Assembly: GCA_002239025.1 (NCBI GenBank)
Contig: MPNM01000013.1
Coordinates: forward strand, 2,575-66,574
DNA from: Chloroflexi bacterium bin125
GTDB lineage: Bacteria > Chloroflexota > Dehalococcoidia > Bin125
DNA: 64,000 bases
Reading direction: 5' to 3'
The translations under genes were made by a program, and so were the position numbers. Each line of letters starts with the position of its first letter. The stretch's first letter is position 1. Positions 1 through 10,758 of this stretch are shown here, piece by piece. The notes beneath the pieces are model-generated. The model did not search any database. It was not told the DNA's origin and was given only the letters and a program-made list of their open reading frames with translations.

Positions 1-938
1 AGTCCGTCACGAGCCAGATTGAATTGCAGCGCATGAGCATATTCGTGAGTAAAGAGTTCCAGATTGGATTCTGTTGGCCTCTTCGATAGATCATACCAAT
101 CAATGTCCTCGAACCTGACCACGACAATGAAGTCCGGTCCAGCCCATCCGGAGGCAGCGAAGTGAGACACACTCCCGCAAGTTGCTTGAATCCTATCAGC
201 ATGTTGGGGCAACGCTTCTGCCTTGAGGGCATTACAGCCAGCAGGAAGGTAAATCGTCAATCCGGGGACAATGAGACCGAATCGCTCGATGTAAAACTCA
301 ACCGTCTTGATCACGTCCTCAATCGCCGATTCACGGACATGATCGCTGACGCCGCCAGGAAACAGGATCTGTGGGATCACGCTCGGATCCTGTACCCATC
401 GCACTGGTTCTCGTGCGCTAACCCAAAGTGGACTACCAACATCGAGACGTTTGGCACCGCCGAGTAACAAGGTGCGTGACACGGTGAACCGAATACTGTC
501 TGTCGCCTCTGCTAGAGTTGCCTCCTTGACCCCGGACCAAGCGACGAGATTCCAACCTTGCTCCAATCGGACGATCGGGCGCAGCTGTAGTCGAGGTCGG
601 GTCCAATCGAATCCGCGTTCCCCGCTAACCCGAACAATAAGACCCATTCCTGGCTCGAGTGTGTGCAAACTGCCGAAGCCGCTACTCGCGGCAACTCGAT
701 AACCGCTGCCAGCAGCGTCCCATGCAAAAACGAGTTCGGCACGTGGAACATCTTCGAAGAACGAGGAGACATCGGTTGGCTCAGAAATCCAACCTATGTA
801 GTTGAGGCCAGGTTCGAAGCGTACGGTCGTTGACTCTCCGTCGTCTGCCGACACCACTGTAAGGCCCACTGCCAGCAGGACGGCGAGGGCCGCGGTCAGC
901 GTGATTAAGACGGCGCGTGCGATGCGATGCCCCCTCTG
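1..938 (-). CDS. Hypothetical exported/membrane-anchored protein with an HExxH motif (putative Zn-metallopeptidase-like). The 3' end runs off the window and the start is unresolved.
   Basis: Manual minus-strand translation is open from the in-frame TGA at 939-941 down to nt 1. It is absent from the ORF track because no stop lies in the window. The N-terminus reads HRIARAVLITLTAALAVLLAVGLTVVSADDG, which is signal/anchor-like. An HEYAH motif is encoded at about nt 33-47. The best start (GTG at 942, with GGGGGAGG 9 nt upstream) is one frame off, across a G5 run at 930-934. Local GC is lower. Confidence 0.45.
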
Positions 939-952
939 TCACTCCTTGAAAC

Positions 953-972
953 CTCCCCCGTGACGGGGGGAG
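953..972 (-). terminator. GC-rich hairpin CTCCCCC-N-GGGGGAG just downstream of the LLM gene. It is a member of the recurring CTCCCCC/GGGGGAG hairpin family.
   Basis: ctcccccgtgacggggggag forms a 7-8 bp stem and lies 13 nt after the stop at 985. There is no clear U-tract. Confidence 0.4.
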
Positions 973-984
973 TGGCGCATCGAC

Positions 985-1926
985 TTAGCGGAACTCAGGA
1001 ATCACTGTCTCCGCGAACATCTGGGCTGGTTCGATCGTGTCTCGGCCGAAGAACTCGATCATGAACATGTCACAGCCGAGTTCGACGTGCTTTTCGATTC
1101 TCTCTTTGATCATCGCCGGGGTACCCGTGAGGGCCATGTCGCCGGCCGGGTTGCCCATGTGTCCTCCGAAGATCTTCTGGGCTCGTTCGACCATCGGACC
1201 AACCTTGGCGTCGTCCTCGACGATCGTGACCAGGCATTGCTGCGAGACGCGCAGTTCGGACGGGTCGCGACCCAATGCTTTGGCGTGGCCGTGGAGGACC
1301 GAGACCTTGTGCTCGAGGTCGTCCTGGGCGCCGGCGGAGTTGTTCCAAATGTCGGCGTACTGCGCGGCAATGCGCATCGTGACTTTCTCGCCGCCGCCGC
1401 CAACCAGAATCGGCATGTCGCGCGGTGGCTTGGGCTGCGTGACGAGGTTCTCGGTGTGGAAGAACTCGCCCTCGAAGGAGAACTCGTCCTGATCGGCGTC
1501 GAACATGCCCTTGAAGATTTGCAGGCCCTCTTCGAGCTGGCGCAGTCGGTCACGAGTGCTGACGAAGGGCATGCCGAAGTCGGTGAACTCGCGCAGCATC
1601 CAACCGGAGCCGAAGCCGGGAATCACACGCCCGCCGGCGATGTTGTCGACGGTGGCGATCATCTTGCCGGTGTGAGCCGGGTTGCGCATGCCGACGGGTG
1701 TCACCAGCGTGCCGATTTCGGGCTTCTCGGTCGCTGCGGCGATGCCGGCTGCCAGGGTCCACGCCTCGAGCATCGGAATCGCAGGCGACTGCGGACCGTA
1801 GAGGTGGTCGTTGACCCAGAGCGAGTCGAAGCCCATCTCCTCAAAGGCCAGGGAGGCGCGCCGCGTCTCCTGCCAGGTGCGCTTGATCTGGGGAACCATC
1901 ACGCCGAAATGCGGGCTGTTGGTCAC
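985..1926 (-). CDS. LLM-class (luciferase-like) flavin/F420-dependent oxidoreductase
   Basis: 313-aa ORF with N-terminus FGVMVPQ...AFEEMGFDSLWVNDHL, typical of the luciferase-like monooxygenase family. GTG start with AAAGGA upstream. Confidence 0.85.
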   Translation of the reverse strand: MTNSPHFGVMVPQIKRTWQETRRASLAFEEMGFDSLWVNDHLYGPQSPAIPMLEAWTLAAGIAAATEKPEIGTLVTPVGMRNPAHTGKMIATVDNIAGGRVIPGFGSGWMLREFTDFGMPFVSTRDRLRQLEEGLQIFKGMFDADQDEFSFEGEFFHTENLVTQPKPPRDMPILVGGGGEKVTMRIAAQYADIWNNSAGAQDDLEHKVSVLHGHAKALGRDPSELRVSQQCLVTIVEDDAKVGPMVERAQKIFGGHMGNPAGDMALTGTPAMIKERIEKHVELGCDMFMIEFFGRDTIEPAQMFAETVIPEFR

Positions 1927-2020
1927 AGGAATGTCCTTTCGCCGCCGGAGCGGTCAAATGCTGCATCAAGTGAGAGCAGGGTAGCGCAGGGTCAGGTTGG
2001 TCAATCGTAAGTGCACACGA

Positions 2021-2047
2021 CGAAGCCCCGCCGATGGCGGGGCTTCG
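2021..2047 (-). terminator. Strong hairpin between aceA and the LLM gene (12-bp stem)
   Basis: cgaagccccgcc-gat-ggcggggcttcg lies 25 nt downstream of the aceA stop. There is no U-tract on the minus strand, so it is a non-canonical terminator or a stabiliser. Confidence 0.45.
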
Positions 2048-2071
2048 TTGTTGCTTGCCGGGTCGTCAGGG

Positions 2072-3400
2072 TTAGTGCGCGGCGACGGCTTCCTCGGAGA
2101 ACTGGGCAGCCTCGGTCGAGCCGCTCAGCGCGGTCGTGGCAGCATCCCCGCCGGTGACCGTGAGCAGGACCTCGTCGAAGTAGGACGTGCCCGCTTCTCG
2201 TTGGTGCTTGGTCGCGGTGTAGCCGTAGGCCTCCGCCTCGAACTCACCTTCCTGCAGCTCGACGTAGGCGGCCATGCCGCGGTCGCGGTAGCCGCTAGCG
2301 AGGTTGAAGGTGTGGTAGTTGATCCCGTGCCAGCCGGCCAGCGTGATGAACTGGAAGCTGTAGCCCATGTCGGCCAACTGTTCCTGGAAGTTCGCGATGG
2401 TCGAGTCGTCGAGGTGACGCTTCCAGTTGAACGAAGGCGAGCAGTTATAAGCGAGCATCTTGCCTGGGTACTCGGCCTGCACCGCCTGTGCGAAGTCACG
2501 GGCCTCGCCGATGTCCGGCACCGAGGTCTCGCACCAGATCAGGTCGGCGTGCGGGGCGAAGGCGAGACCACGAGCGATCGCGGAGTCGATCCCGCCGGTG
2601 ACCGAGAAGTAACCCTCGGCCGTGCGTTCGCCAGTGGTGAACTCGCGGTCGCGCTCGTCGATGTCGGTCGTCATCAACGTCGCCGAGAGGGCATCGGTTC
2701 GCGCCATCAAGATGGTGGGAACGTCCATGACGTCGGCTGCGAGGCGAGCCGCCTGCAGCGTGCGAACGTGCTGAGCCGTGGGGACGAGCACCTTGCCGCC
2801 CATGTGGCCACACTTCTTCTCGGCGGCGAGCTGGTCCTCGTAGTGGACGCCGCCGGCGCCGGCTTCAATCATGTTGCGCATCAGCTCAAAGGCGTGGATC
2901 GGACCGCCGAAACCGGCCTCGGCATCGGCCACGACCGGCAGGTAGTAGTCAACGCTGGCGCGACCCTCAAGTCGGTCGACCTGGTCGGCGCGCATCAGCG
3001 CGTTGTTGAGGCGCTTGACCAGCGAGGGGACGCTGTTGACCGGGTAGAGCGACTGGTCGGGATAGGTGTGACCCGAGGTGTTGGCGTCGGCAGCGACCTG
3101 CCAGCCAGAGACGTAGATGGCCTGTAGTCCAGCCTTGGCCATCTGCACGGCCTGCGCGCCGGTGACAGCGCCAAACGTGCGAACGAAGTCGGTGTCCTGC
3201 ATTGCCTTCCAGAGTCGGTCGGCGCCATTGCGGGCGAGAGCCGATTCTGGCAGCAGCGAGGGGCGCAGCTTGAGTACGTCGGCGGCCGTATAGTTCCGCT
3301 GTACTCCCGCCCAGCGCGGATTCGTCGCCCACTCGTGTTCGAGTGCGGCGGCGGCGCTGTCCTGGGGGTTACCCGTCCCGTTCGTGCCGTTCGTCGTCAT
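2072..3400 (-). CDS. aceA: Isocitrate lyase
   Basis: Contains the ICL signature [13 protein letters not shown] and is about 440 aa. ATG at 3400 is preceded by GGAGGA; the track ORF extends to 3448. Confidence 0.95.
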   Translation of the reverse strand: MTTNGTNGTGNPQDSAAAALEHEWATNPRWAGVQRNYTAADVLKLRPSLLPESALARNGADRLWKAMQDTDFVRTFGAVTGAQAVQMAKAGLQAIYVSGWQVAADANTSGHTYPDQSLYPVNSVPSLVKRLNNALMRADQVDRLEGRASVDYYLPVVADAEAGFGGPIHAFELMRNMIEAGAGGVHYEDQLAAEKKCGHMGGKVLVPTAQHVRTLQAARLAADVMDVPTILMARTDALSATLMTTDIDERDREFTTGERTAEGYFSVTGGIDSAIARGLAFAPHADLIWCETSVPDIGEARDFAQAVQAEYPGKMLAYNCSPSFNWKRHLDDSTIANFQEQLADMGYSFQFITLAGWHGINYHTFNLASGYRDRGMAAYVELQEGEFEAEAYGYTATKHQREAGTSYFDEVLLTVTGGDAATTALSGSTEAAQFSEEAVAAH

Positions 3401-3460
3401 CAGGGATCCTCCGTGGCTGTACGTGGCCGAACCTTGGCGTCGGTTCACGTCTCTCAGCGG

Positions 3461-3532
3461 CTTGGTCTAGCCGTTATGCCTGTGGTTGGGTGCTCGCTTA
3501 CTTTGACCTGTCATGGCCTCTTGGTCTAGCCG
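3461..3532. repeat. Two exact 13-bp direct repeats CTTGGTCTAGCCG (3461-3473 and 3520-3532) in the aceB-aceA spacer
   Basis: Read directly from the sequence. The copies are 59 bp apart. Confidence 0.7.
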
Positions 3533-3538
3533 AATGGC

Positions 3539-5134
3539 CTAGTCGAGGTATTCGTAGGCGGGCAGCGTGAGGAACTCAGGGAACTCCTCGGTCAGTACGA
3601 GTTGATCGAGAATCTCGACCGCGTCGCCAAAGCGGGATTCTTCCGAGCCGCCCAGCGAGGCCAGTTCCTCGTCGCGCAGCGTTTCGTACAGGTCCGACGT
3701 GATCGAGCGGCCGTCGTCGAGCTCGGCATTGTGTTGAATCCACTGCCAGAGCTGTCCACGGGAGATCTCCGCCGTCGCTGCGTCTTCCATGAGGTTATTG
3801 ATCGCAGCCGCGCCAACTCCGTTGAGCCAGCTATTGATGTACTGCAAGGCAACAGAGATGTTCAGTCGCAGTCCAGCTTCCGAAACCGAACCGCCGGACT
3901 GATCGAGCGAAACGAGGTCGCTGGCGGCAACGCTCACGTCCTCGCGCATCCGCTCGCGTTGGTTGCGGGCGCCGTTGAGGTTGGTTTCGAAGATGTCACG
4001 GGCAACGTTGACGAGGTCGGGATGCGCGACCCAGGTGCCGTCGAAGCCATCGGTCGACTCGCGCTCCTTGTCGGCGCGCACACCGGTCAGAGCGATCTCG
4101 TTGATCTCAGGGTCGCGCCGCGAGGGAATGAATGCGGCCATGCCGCCCATCGCGTGTGCGCCGCGCTTGTGGCAGGTGCGCACGAGGAGTTCGGTGTAGG
4201 CGCGCATGAATGGCGTCGTCATGGTCACCTGGACGCGGTCGGGCAGGGTGAAGGTGGGCTGCGACTTGAAGCGCTTGACCGCCGAGAAGATGTAGTCCCA
4301 GCGACCGGCATTGAGTCCGGCGGAGTGGTTGCGCAGCTCGTAGAGGATTTCTTCCATCTCGAATGCCGCCGGCAGCGTCTCGATCAGCACCGTCGCGCGG
4401 ATACTGCCCTGGGGCACGCCAAGGTCGTCCTGGGCCTTGACGAAGGCGTCATTCCAGAGGCGCGCTTCCAGGTGTGATTCCAGTTTGGGCAGATAGAAGT
4501 AGGGGCCGGTCCCACGAGCGACGCGCTCGGCGGCGTTGTGGAACATGTACATGCCGAAGTCGAACAGTGAGGCGGCGACCGGAGCGCCGTCGACCAGCAT
4601 GTGCTTCTCGTCCAAGTGCCAGCCCCGCGGCCGAATCAACAGCGTGGCGATCTGCTCGTTGAGCGTTCGCACCGAGCCATCGGGATTCTCGAATGTGATT
4701 TCCCGGCGAACGGCGTCGCGGGCGTTGATCTGCCCATTGACGACGTTGTCCCAGGTCGGCGAGAGCGAGTCCTCGAAGTCGGCCATGAATGCATCGGCGC
4801 CCGAGTTGAGTGCGCCGATCATCATCTTGCGGTCCACCGGACCGGTGATTTCGGCCCAGCGCTGTTGCAGGTCTTCGGGTGTCGGAGCGACCTGCCAGGA
4901 ACCGAAGCGGACTTCCTCGGTGTCAGAGAGGAAGTCGGGCAGCGCGCCCTGGTCAAACTCGGCCTGGCGCACCATGCGGCGCCCCAGCAGTTCCTGCCGG
5001 CGGGCGTTGAACTCTCGGTGCAAACCCGCGACAAATGCCAACGCGTCCTCGGTCAGAATCGCGTCGAAGCCGTCCTGTATGGCTCCGACGACTTCAACGC
5101 CGTCTGGAGTACTGATTTCGGTGGTCTGGGTCAT
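3539..5134 (-). CDS. aceB: Malate synthase A
   Basis: 531 aa with malate synthase A-like sequence throughout (for example ...[20 protein letters not shown]...). It lies immediately upstream of aceA. Confidence 0.93.
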   Translation of the reverse strand: MTQTTEISTPDGVEVVGAIQDGFDAILTEDALAFVAGLHREFNARRQELLGRRMVRQAEFDQGALPDFLSDTEEVRFGSWQVAPTPEDLQQRWAEITGPVDRKMMIGALNSGADAFMADFEDSLSPTWDNVVNGQINARDAVRREITFENPDGSVRTLNEQIATLLIRPRGWHLDEKHMLVDGAPVAASLFDFGMYMFHNAAERVARGTGPYFYLPKLESHLEARLWNDAFVKAQDDLGVPQGSIRATVLIETLPAAFEMEEILYELRNHSAGLNAGRWDYIFSAVKRFKSQPTFTLPDRVQVTMTTPFMRAYTELLVRTCHKRGAHAMGGMAAFIPSRRDPEINEIALTGVRADKERESTDGFDGTWVAHPDLVNVARDIFETNLNGARNQRERMREDVSVAASDLVSLDQSGGSVSEAGLRLNISVALQYINSWLNGVGAAAINNLMEDAATAEISRGQLWQWIQHNAELDDGRSITSDLYETLRDEELASLGGSEESRFGDAVEILDQLVLTEEFPEFLTLPAYEYLD

Positions 5135-5420
5135 CGGAGTGCTCAGTCCCTGCTCGCGGTCTCTCTGCCGCCTGGTGGTTATGAGTGGTTATGACAGGCT
5201 TCGCACGACAAACGTGGGAGCCGTTGGTGAGTATCCTTTGTGAACGTTCGATTAAGGTACGGATGATGCGGGTATCGTCAATAGTTAGCGGTATTCACGA
5301 TAGATGATTTTGATATCGCAAGTAATCCAGTCGATAGAAATGGCCTCCAGCCCACAATCGCGCCTCGCCATTGCCAGACGAGTATCCTGAGAGGCCACCA
5401 TATGCCGAGGAGCGCGACCG

Positions 5421-6032
5421 ATGACGACCAATGACTCCCAGCCGACCAAGTCAACGGTTGGCAACTTCAACGTCTCCGGGATCAACCATCTGGCGCTCGT
5501 CTGTCACGACATGCAGCGCACGGTCGACTTCTACAGCGGCGTGCTGGGCTTCCCGCTGGTCAAGACGATCGAGCTGCCCGGCGACATGGGACAGCACTTC
5601 TTTTTCGACATCGGCAACGGCGACTGCCTGGCCTTCTTCAACTTCCCCAACGCGCCCGAGCCGGCGCCGGGCATTGCGTCTCCCGATCCCAATACGTTCT
5701 TCGATCCGTCGGCGGAGCTGGTGACCGCGGTGGCGTCGATGAACCACGTCGCCTTCAACGTCGACGCGGACGAGATCGAGGCGCTGCGGGACAAACTGAT
5801 TGACGCCGGCGTGCGTTGTACGCCAATTCTGAACCACGACGATTCGGCGCGCGGCATCGCTCGCGAGATTCATCCCGGCGTCTTCGTGCGCTCCGTCTAC
5901 TTCTACGATCCCGACGGGATCATGCTGGAATTCGCCGCCTGGACCCGTGCGATGCGGCCCGACGATGTGCGACACGCACCGGGCAAAGCGGCGGACAAGA
6001 CGGCGGACCGGGTCGCCGCGGTCGCAGACTGA
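5421..6032 (+). CDS. VOC-family (glyoxalase/bleomycin-resistance/dioxygenase) protein
   Basis: GINHLALVCHDMQRTVDFYSGVLGFPLV ... MNHVAFNV ... YFYDPDGIMLEF, which are the paired beta-alpha-beta-beta-beta VOC motifs. Confidence 0.8.
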   Translation: MTTNDSQPTKSTVGNFNVSGINHLALVCHDMQRTVDFYSGVLGFPLVKTIELPGDMGQHFFFDIGNGDCLAFFNFPNAPEPAPGIASPDPNTFFDPSAELVTAVASMNHVAFNVDADEIEALRDKLIDAGVRCTPILNHDDSARGIAREIHPGVFVRSVYFYDPDGIMLEFAAWTRAMRPDDVRHAPGKAADKTADRVAAVAD

Positions 6033-6250
6033 CGAAGACTCCGTTCTCTTCGCCACATCCCGACTGTCACTTTGTGACGTTGCCGCCGCGTCGGTGACGG
6101 CGGGCGCACTTCTCGCGTACAGCGCGACGCAGTTGCTTGCAGGTTCGGGAACAAACTCGCAGCCATTTTCGTACTGTTGGAGAGCGCGCTGGAAGCCTGC
6201 TGCTTGGAGCAGCAAGAACAGCCAGTAGCACTGAACGAAAGGGGGATCGG

Positions 6251-7864
<1,614 letters not shown>

Positions 7865-7868
7865 ATCA

Positions 7869-7903
7869 CCATCCGCCCGGACTCGTTGAGTCCGGGCGGA
7901 TGG
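7869..7903 (+). terminator. 15-bp-stem hairpin immediately after the sigma factor stop
   Basis: ccatccgcccggact-cgttg-agtccgggcggatgg. There is no U-tract. Confidence 0.55.
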
Positions 7904-7924
7904 CCGCTAAGCTGATCTGGGTAA

Positions 7925-7999
7925 GCGGGGGTAGCTCAGGGGTAGAGCTCCTGCCTTCCAAGCAGGTGGCCGCGGGTTCGAATCCCGTCCCCCGCTCCA
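7925..7999 (+). tRNA. tRNA-Gly (anticodon TCC), CCA encoded
   Basis: Cloverleaf folded by hand. Acceptor gcggggg/cccccgc, anticodon stem cctgc/gcagg with loop cTTCCaa, T-loop ttcgaat. Confidence 0.9.
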
Positions 8000-8025
8000 C
8001 TCGGCTCGCCAGTTTCGCATCACAT

Positions 8026-8106
8026 GTAGGGGCGTCCCTTGTGGGCGCCCTTCCCTTTTGGATCCAGCACCATCGCCAAGCGGGCGCCCACAAGGGGCGC
8101 CCCTAC
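8026..8106. repeat. Palindromic element, GTAGGGGCG-N-CCCTTGTGG-N-CGCCC family, copy 1
   Basis: 25-nt inverted arms with 1 mismatch flank a 31-nt spacer. A related copy is at 61477-61568. Confidence 0.8.
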
Positions 8107-8118
8107 GCAGATCCATCG

Positions 8119-8571
8119 CTATTGCAGCGGCAGAAGAATTTCCGTATGCCACTTCGATTGATCCGGCTCTGCCTCAGGATCGGTGATGTAGCGCTCGATT
8201 GGACCACTAATCGGCGCGCGACCGAGCTTCTCGACGAAGGGCCAGATTGACTCGTGCGTTTGCGCGAGCTGGTCATATGGGCCGTAGTGGTCGGCCTTGA
8301 CGGCGTCGCAGGCTGGCATCTCCAGCAGATCCAGCGGTTTCGCGAGCTCGACATCGTCGCCAATCTCGATGCCTGCTGAAAGCGACATCTGATTTGCGTC
8401 CATCGAGTGGTAGACGGCGATCACGTGACCCATCTCAGTCACACCCTGCTCGGTCAAGGCGGCGTAAACCGCCGGGAAGATGCGCGCAAACGTGGCGGGC
8501 AGCTCCTCGGTCGACGCGTTGGCGTGCATCACAGCAGCTCGTCTGGCAGTTAGCTGAACAACCTCGGGCAT
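8119..8571 (-). CDS. GyrI-like small-molecule-binding domain protein
   Basis: About 150 aa: ...VIAVYHSMD...LSAGIEIG...DHYGPYDQL...PIERYITDPEAEPDQSKWHTEILLPL, the typical GyrI-like/SOUL fold pattern. ATG at 8571. Confidence 0.65.
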   Translation of the reverse strand: MPEVVQLTARRAAVMHANASTEELPATFARIFPAVYAALTEQGVTEMGHVIAVYHSMDANQMSLSAGIEIGDDVELAKPLDLLEMPACDAVKADHYGPYDQLAQTHESIWPFVEKLGRAPISGPIERYITDPEAEPDQSKWHTEILLPLQ

Positions 8572-8608
8572 GTCGATCCTCCACTTGCGACTCCACGTTT
8601 GGAGCAGA

Positions 8609-9067
8609 CTACGACAGCGGCAGCCAGATCTCGGTGTGCCACTTGGATTGATCCGGTTCCGCGTCGGGCAACGTGAGATAGCGCTCAACCACCATGCCGC
8701 TCGGAGTGCGACCTACCGAGTCCAGTTCCGCCTCCAACTGAGCCTGTGTCTGTCGGAAGTCGGCAAACAGGTACGGTCCGAAGTGATCAAGCATTCCGGC
8801 CTCGCAACCGCCCAGCTCAAGCAGCGCCAACGGTTCCCGAGGCGAGAAATCGCCCTGAAACTCGATCCCCGCCGACAACACCAACTCTTCCTCCCCGATT
8901 GAGTGATAGACCGCGACCACTTCTCCCAGATCCTGTCCACCTTGCTCCTGCAGAGCGTCCCAGACTGCCGGATACATCTCGGCAAAGGCCGCCACCAGAT
9001 CCTCTCGAGTCGTAACCGCATGAAACACGGCAGCGCGGCGCGAAGGCATCCACTGGATCATCGACAC
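8609..9067 (-). CDS. GyrI-like small-molecule-binding domain protein (tandem paralog)
   Basis: Collinear with the 8119-8571 product (RRAAV.H...VVAVYHS...SAGIEF...ERYLTLPDAEPDQSKWHTEIWLPL). An alternative ATG at 9061 gives an ATGA overlap with the upstream stop. Confidence 0.65.
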   Translation of the reverse strand: MSMIQWMPSRRAAVFHAVTTREDLVAAFAEMYPAVWDALQEQGGQDLGEVVAVYHSIGEEELVLSAGIEFQGDFSPREPLALLELGGCEAGMLDHFGPYLFADFRQTQAQLEAELDSVGRTPSGMVVERYLTLPDAEPDQSKWHTEIWLPLS

Positions 9068-9621
9068 TTGACCACTCGCAGTTCGGTCACAATCAGATCT
9101 ACCGGCTCGTCATGGTGCGCTCGCGGGATCGTATCGACCAATTGCATTTCATATACCAGGGCTATCCGCAGGCTCTCGCTCTGTGAGAGAAATCGGTCGT
9201 AGTAGCCGCCGCCCATTCCCAGCCGATGTCCGTCAGCGCTGAATGCAATACCAGGGACGACCACAATGTCCGCCGAAGCTGGGTCTGCAGGAGGGCACAA
9301 CTCGGGATCCGGCTCTCGTAGGCCAAACGCCGAGTCGGTCAACTGGGACAGCTCAGTCACCTCTCGATGGTCCAACTGTCCGTGGGGGCGGATACGAGGA
9401 CAGATGACTCGCTTGTGATCGCGCAACGCACCTTCAATCAAGCGCTCCGTTTGAACTTCACCGGGCAGCGCGCCGACGTAGCAATGTACGATTTCGGTCT
9501 GTTGCCACTGCTCCAGAGCGTTCACCCGAGCACAGATCGCCGTCGACCAACCGTCAACAAGTTCAAGTGGCAATGACGCCCGAGATGCTCGGAACGTCCG
9601 TCGCAATTCGGACTTGGACAT
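9058..9621 (-). CDS. 5-formyltetrahydrofolate cyclo-ligase
   Basis: 187 aa. The ...VVVPGIAFSADGHRLGMGGGYYDRFL motif is characteristic of the MTHFS family. Confidence 0.85.
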   Translation of the reverse strand: MSKSELRRTFRASRASLPLELVDGWSTAICARVNALEQWQQTEIVHCYVGALPGEVQTERLIEGALRDHKRVICPRIRPHGQLDHREVTELSQLTDSAFGLREPDPELCPPADPASADIVVVPGIAFSADGHRLGMGGGYYDRFLSQSESLRIALVYEMQLVDTIPRAHHDEPVDLIVTELRVVKCR

Positions 9622-9635
9622 GGCGCAGACGGATT

Positions 9636-10481
9636 CTATGGCAGTCCCGCTCCGCCGACTTCAACATCGAAGGATCGAATGCGTCCCAGTCGCGGATCAC
9701 CCGGCTGCGGATTCGATGTCGGCGCTTCAAGCGCGAACAGCGTCTTGCGTTCCTCGCCGCCTAGCATGCAGGCGTAGACGCCCATGTCCGGCACCTCAAT
9801 CCGTTCCAGGACTTCGCCCCCCTTGGCGACACGAGCCAGTGCCCCAGGATTCGTCGGTACCGCGACCCAGATCGCTCCGTCAGCGTCGAGACAGATGCCA
9901 TCAGGCGGGAAACCTAAATCCGCCCAGACTCGTTGGTTCGATAGTGAGCCATCAGACTCGACATCGAAGGCGGTCAAGCGCTGACCCCAGCTCTCGCCGA
10001 CGATTAGCGTTCCTCCATCGGGCGTGATCACCGTGCCATTGGGAAACTGGATGCCGTCGGCCACGATGGACGAATCACCATCGGTCGTGACCTTGACAAT
10101 CGTTGTCGCACGAGGTGCTGAGCCATCGGTGAGGTCAAAGCCAAAGTTGCCGATGTACGCGTTGCCGGCAGCGTCAACCACCATGTCGTTGCAGTGGTAG
10201 GGCGCTTTATCGGAGATGTCCGCAACCTCGTACAACCCGTCGGGATCCAGACGCAACAGCTTGCGGTCGGTCATCGAGACGATCAGCAAACGTCCATCAG
10301 GAAGGAATCCAAGCCCGGAGGGCTGATTTGGCACTTCGACAATCGTCTCGCGTTCACCGTCGGGGGTAACAGCAACAACCTCATGCGCATGCATGTCGGA
10401 GAACCAGAGCCGGCCCTCAAACCATCGCGGGCCTTCGGGAAACACCAGCTCATCCAGGACCAACCGAGGGTCTCGTGACAT
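9636..10481 (-). CDS. SMP-30/gluconolactonase/LRE-family beta-propeller protein
   Basis: FPEGPRWFEGRLWFSDM..., NDMVVDAAGNAYIGNFGF, FPNGTVITPDGGTL. ATG at 10481. Confidence 0.8.
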   Translation of the reverse strand: MSRDPRLVLDELVFPEGPRWFEGRLWFSDMHAHEVVAVTPDGERETIVEVPNQPSGLGFLPDGRLLIVSMTDRKLLRLDPDGLYEVADISDKAPYHCNDMVVDAAGNAYIGNFGFDLTDGSAPRATTIVKVTTDGDSSIVADGIQFPNGTVITPDGGTLIVGESWGQRLTAFDVESDGSLSNQRVWADLGFPPDGICLDADGAIWVAVPTNPGALARVAKGGEVLERIEVPDMGVYACMLGGEERKTLFALEAPTSNPQPGDPRLGRIRSFDVEVGGAGLP

Positions 10482-10497
10482 CTTCACTCCGTGTTGG

Positions 10498-10758
10498 CTA
10501 ATCGGCTTCTCGCAGCACCTGGGTGTCCGCAGCCGCTGCACGCCGGTCAGCCTCGGCTAGCGCAGCCTCTTTGATGAATCGCGTAACGCCAATCGGCCCT
10601 CTTGGGATGCCCTTATGCAGGCGATCAATCTCAGATTGGTCGAACCGTACCTCAATAGTGAACGTGCCTGGTCCCATCTCAGATCGGTCGTAGGGGATTT
10701 CGACCGCCTCCTCGATGGGCGGATTCACTGTGTGCCATTCATCGCCGTGTGTAGTCAT
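10498..10758 (-). CDS. BrnA-like antitoxin (RHH-like C-terminus)
   Basis: 86 aa. TFTIEVRFDQSEIDRLHKGIPRGPIGVTRFIKEAALAEA matches the BrnA pattern (isLRLp..ll..l...A...g.pyqslIk..L). Its ATG overlaps the upstream TGA (ATGA). Confidence 0.6.
   Translation of the reverse strand: MTTHGDEWHTVNPPIEEAVEIPYDRSEMGPGTFTIEVRFDQSEIDRLHKGIPRGPIGVTRFIKEAALAEADRRAAAADTQVLREAD

Noticed and set aside
1997-3127. A 376-aa plus-strand ORF.
   Set aside because: It is antisense to isocitrate lyase, which carries the KKCGHMGGK signature. It is a shadow ORF.
5285-5485. A 66-aa minus-strand ORF in the aceB/VOC divergent region.
   Set aside because: It overlaps the VOC gene start and the AT-rich promoter region, and has no motif or RBS support.
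7866-8363. Several 75-116-aa ORFs overlapping tRNA-Gly and the palindromic element.
   Set aside because: They are explained by the tRNA gene and the GC-rich repeat, and show no coding signal.
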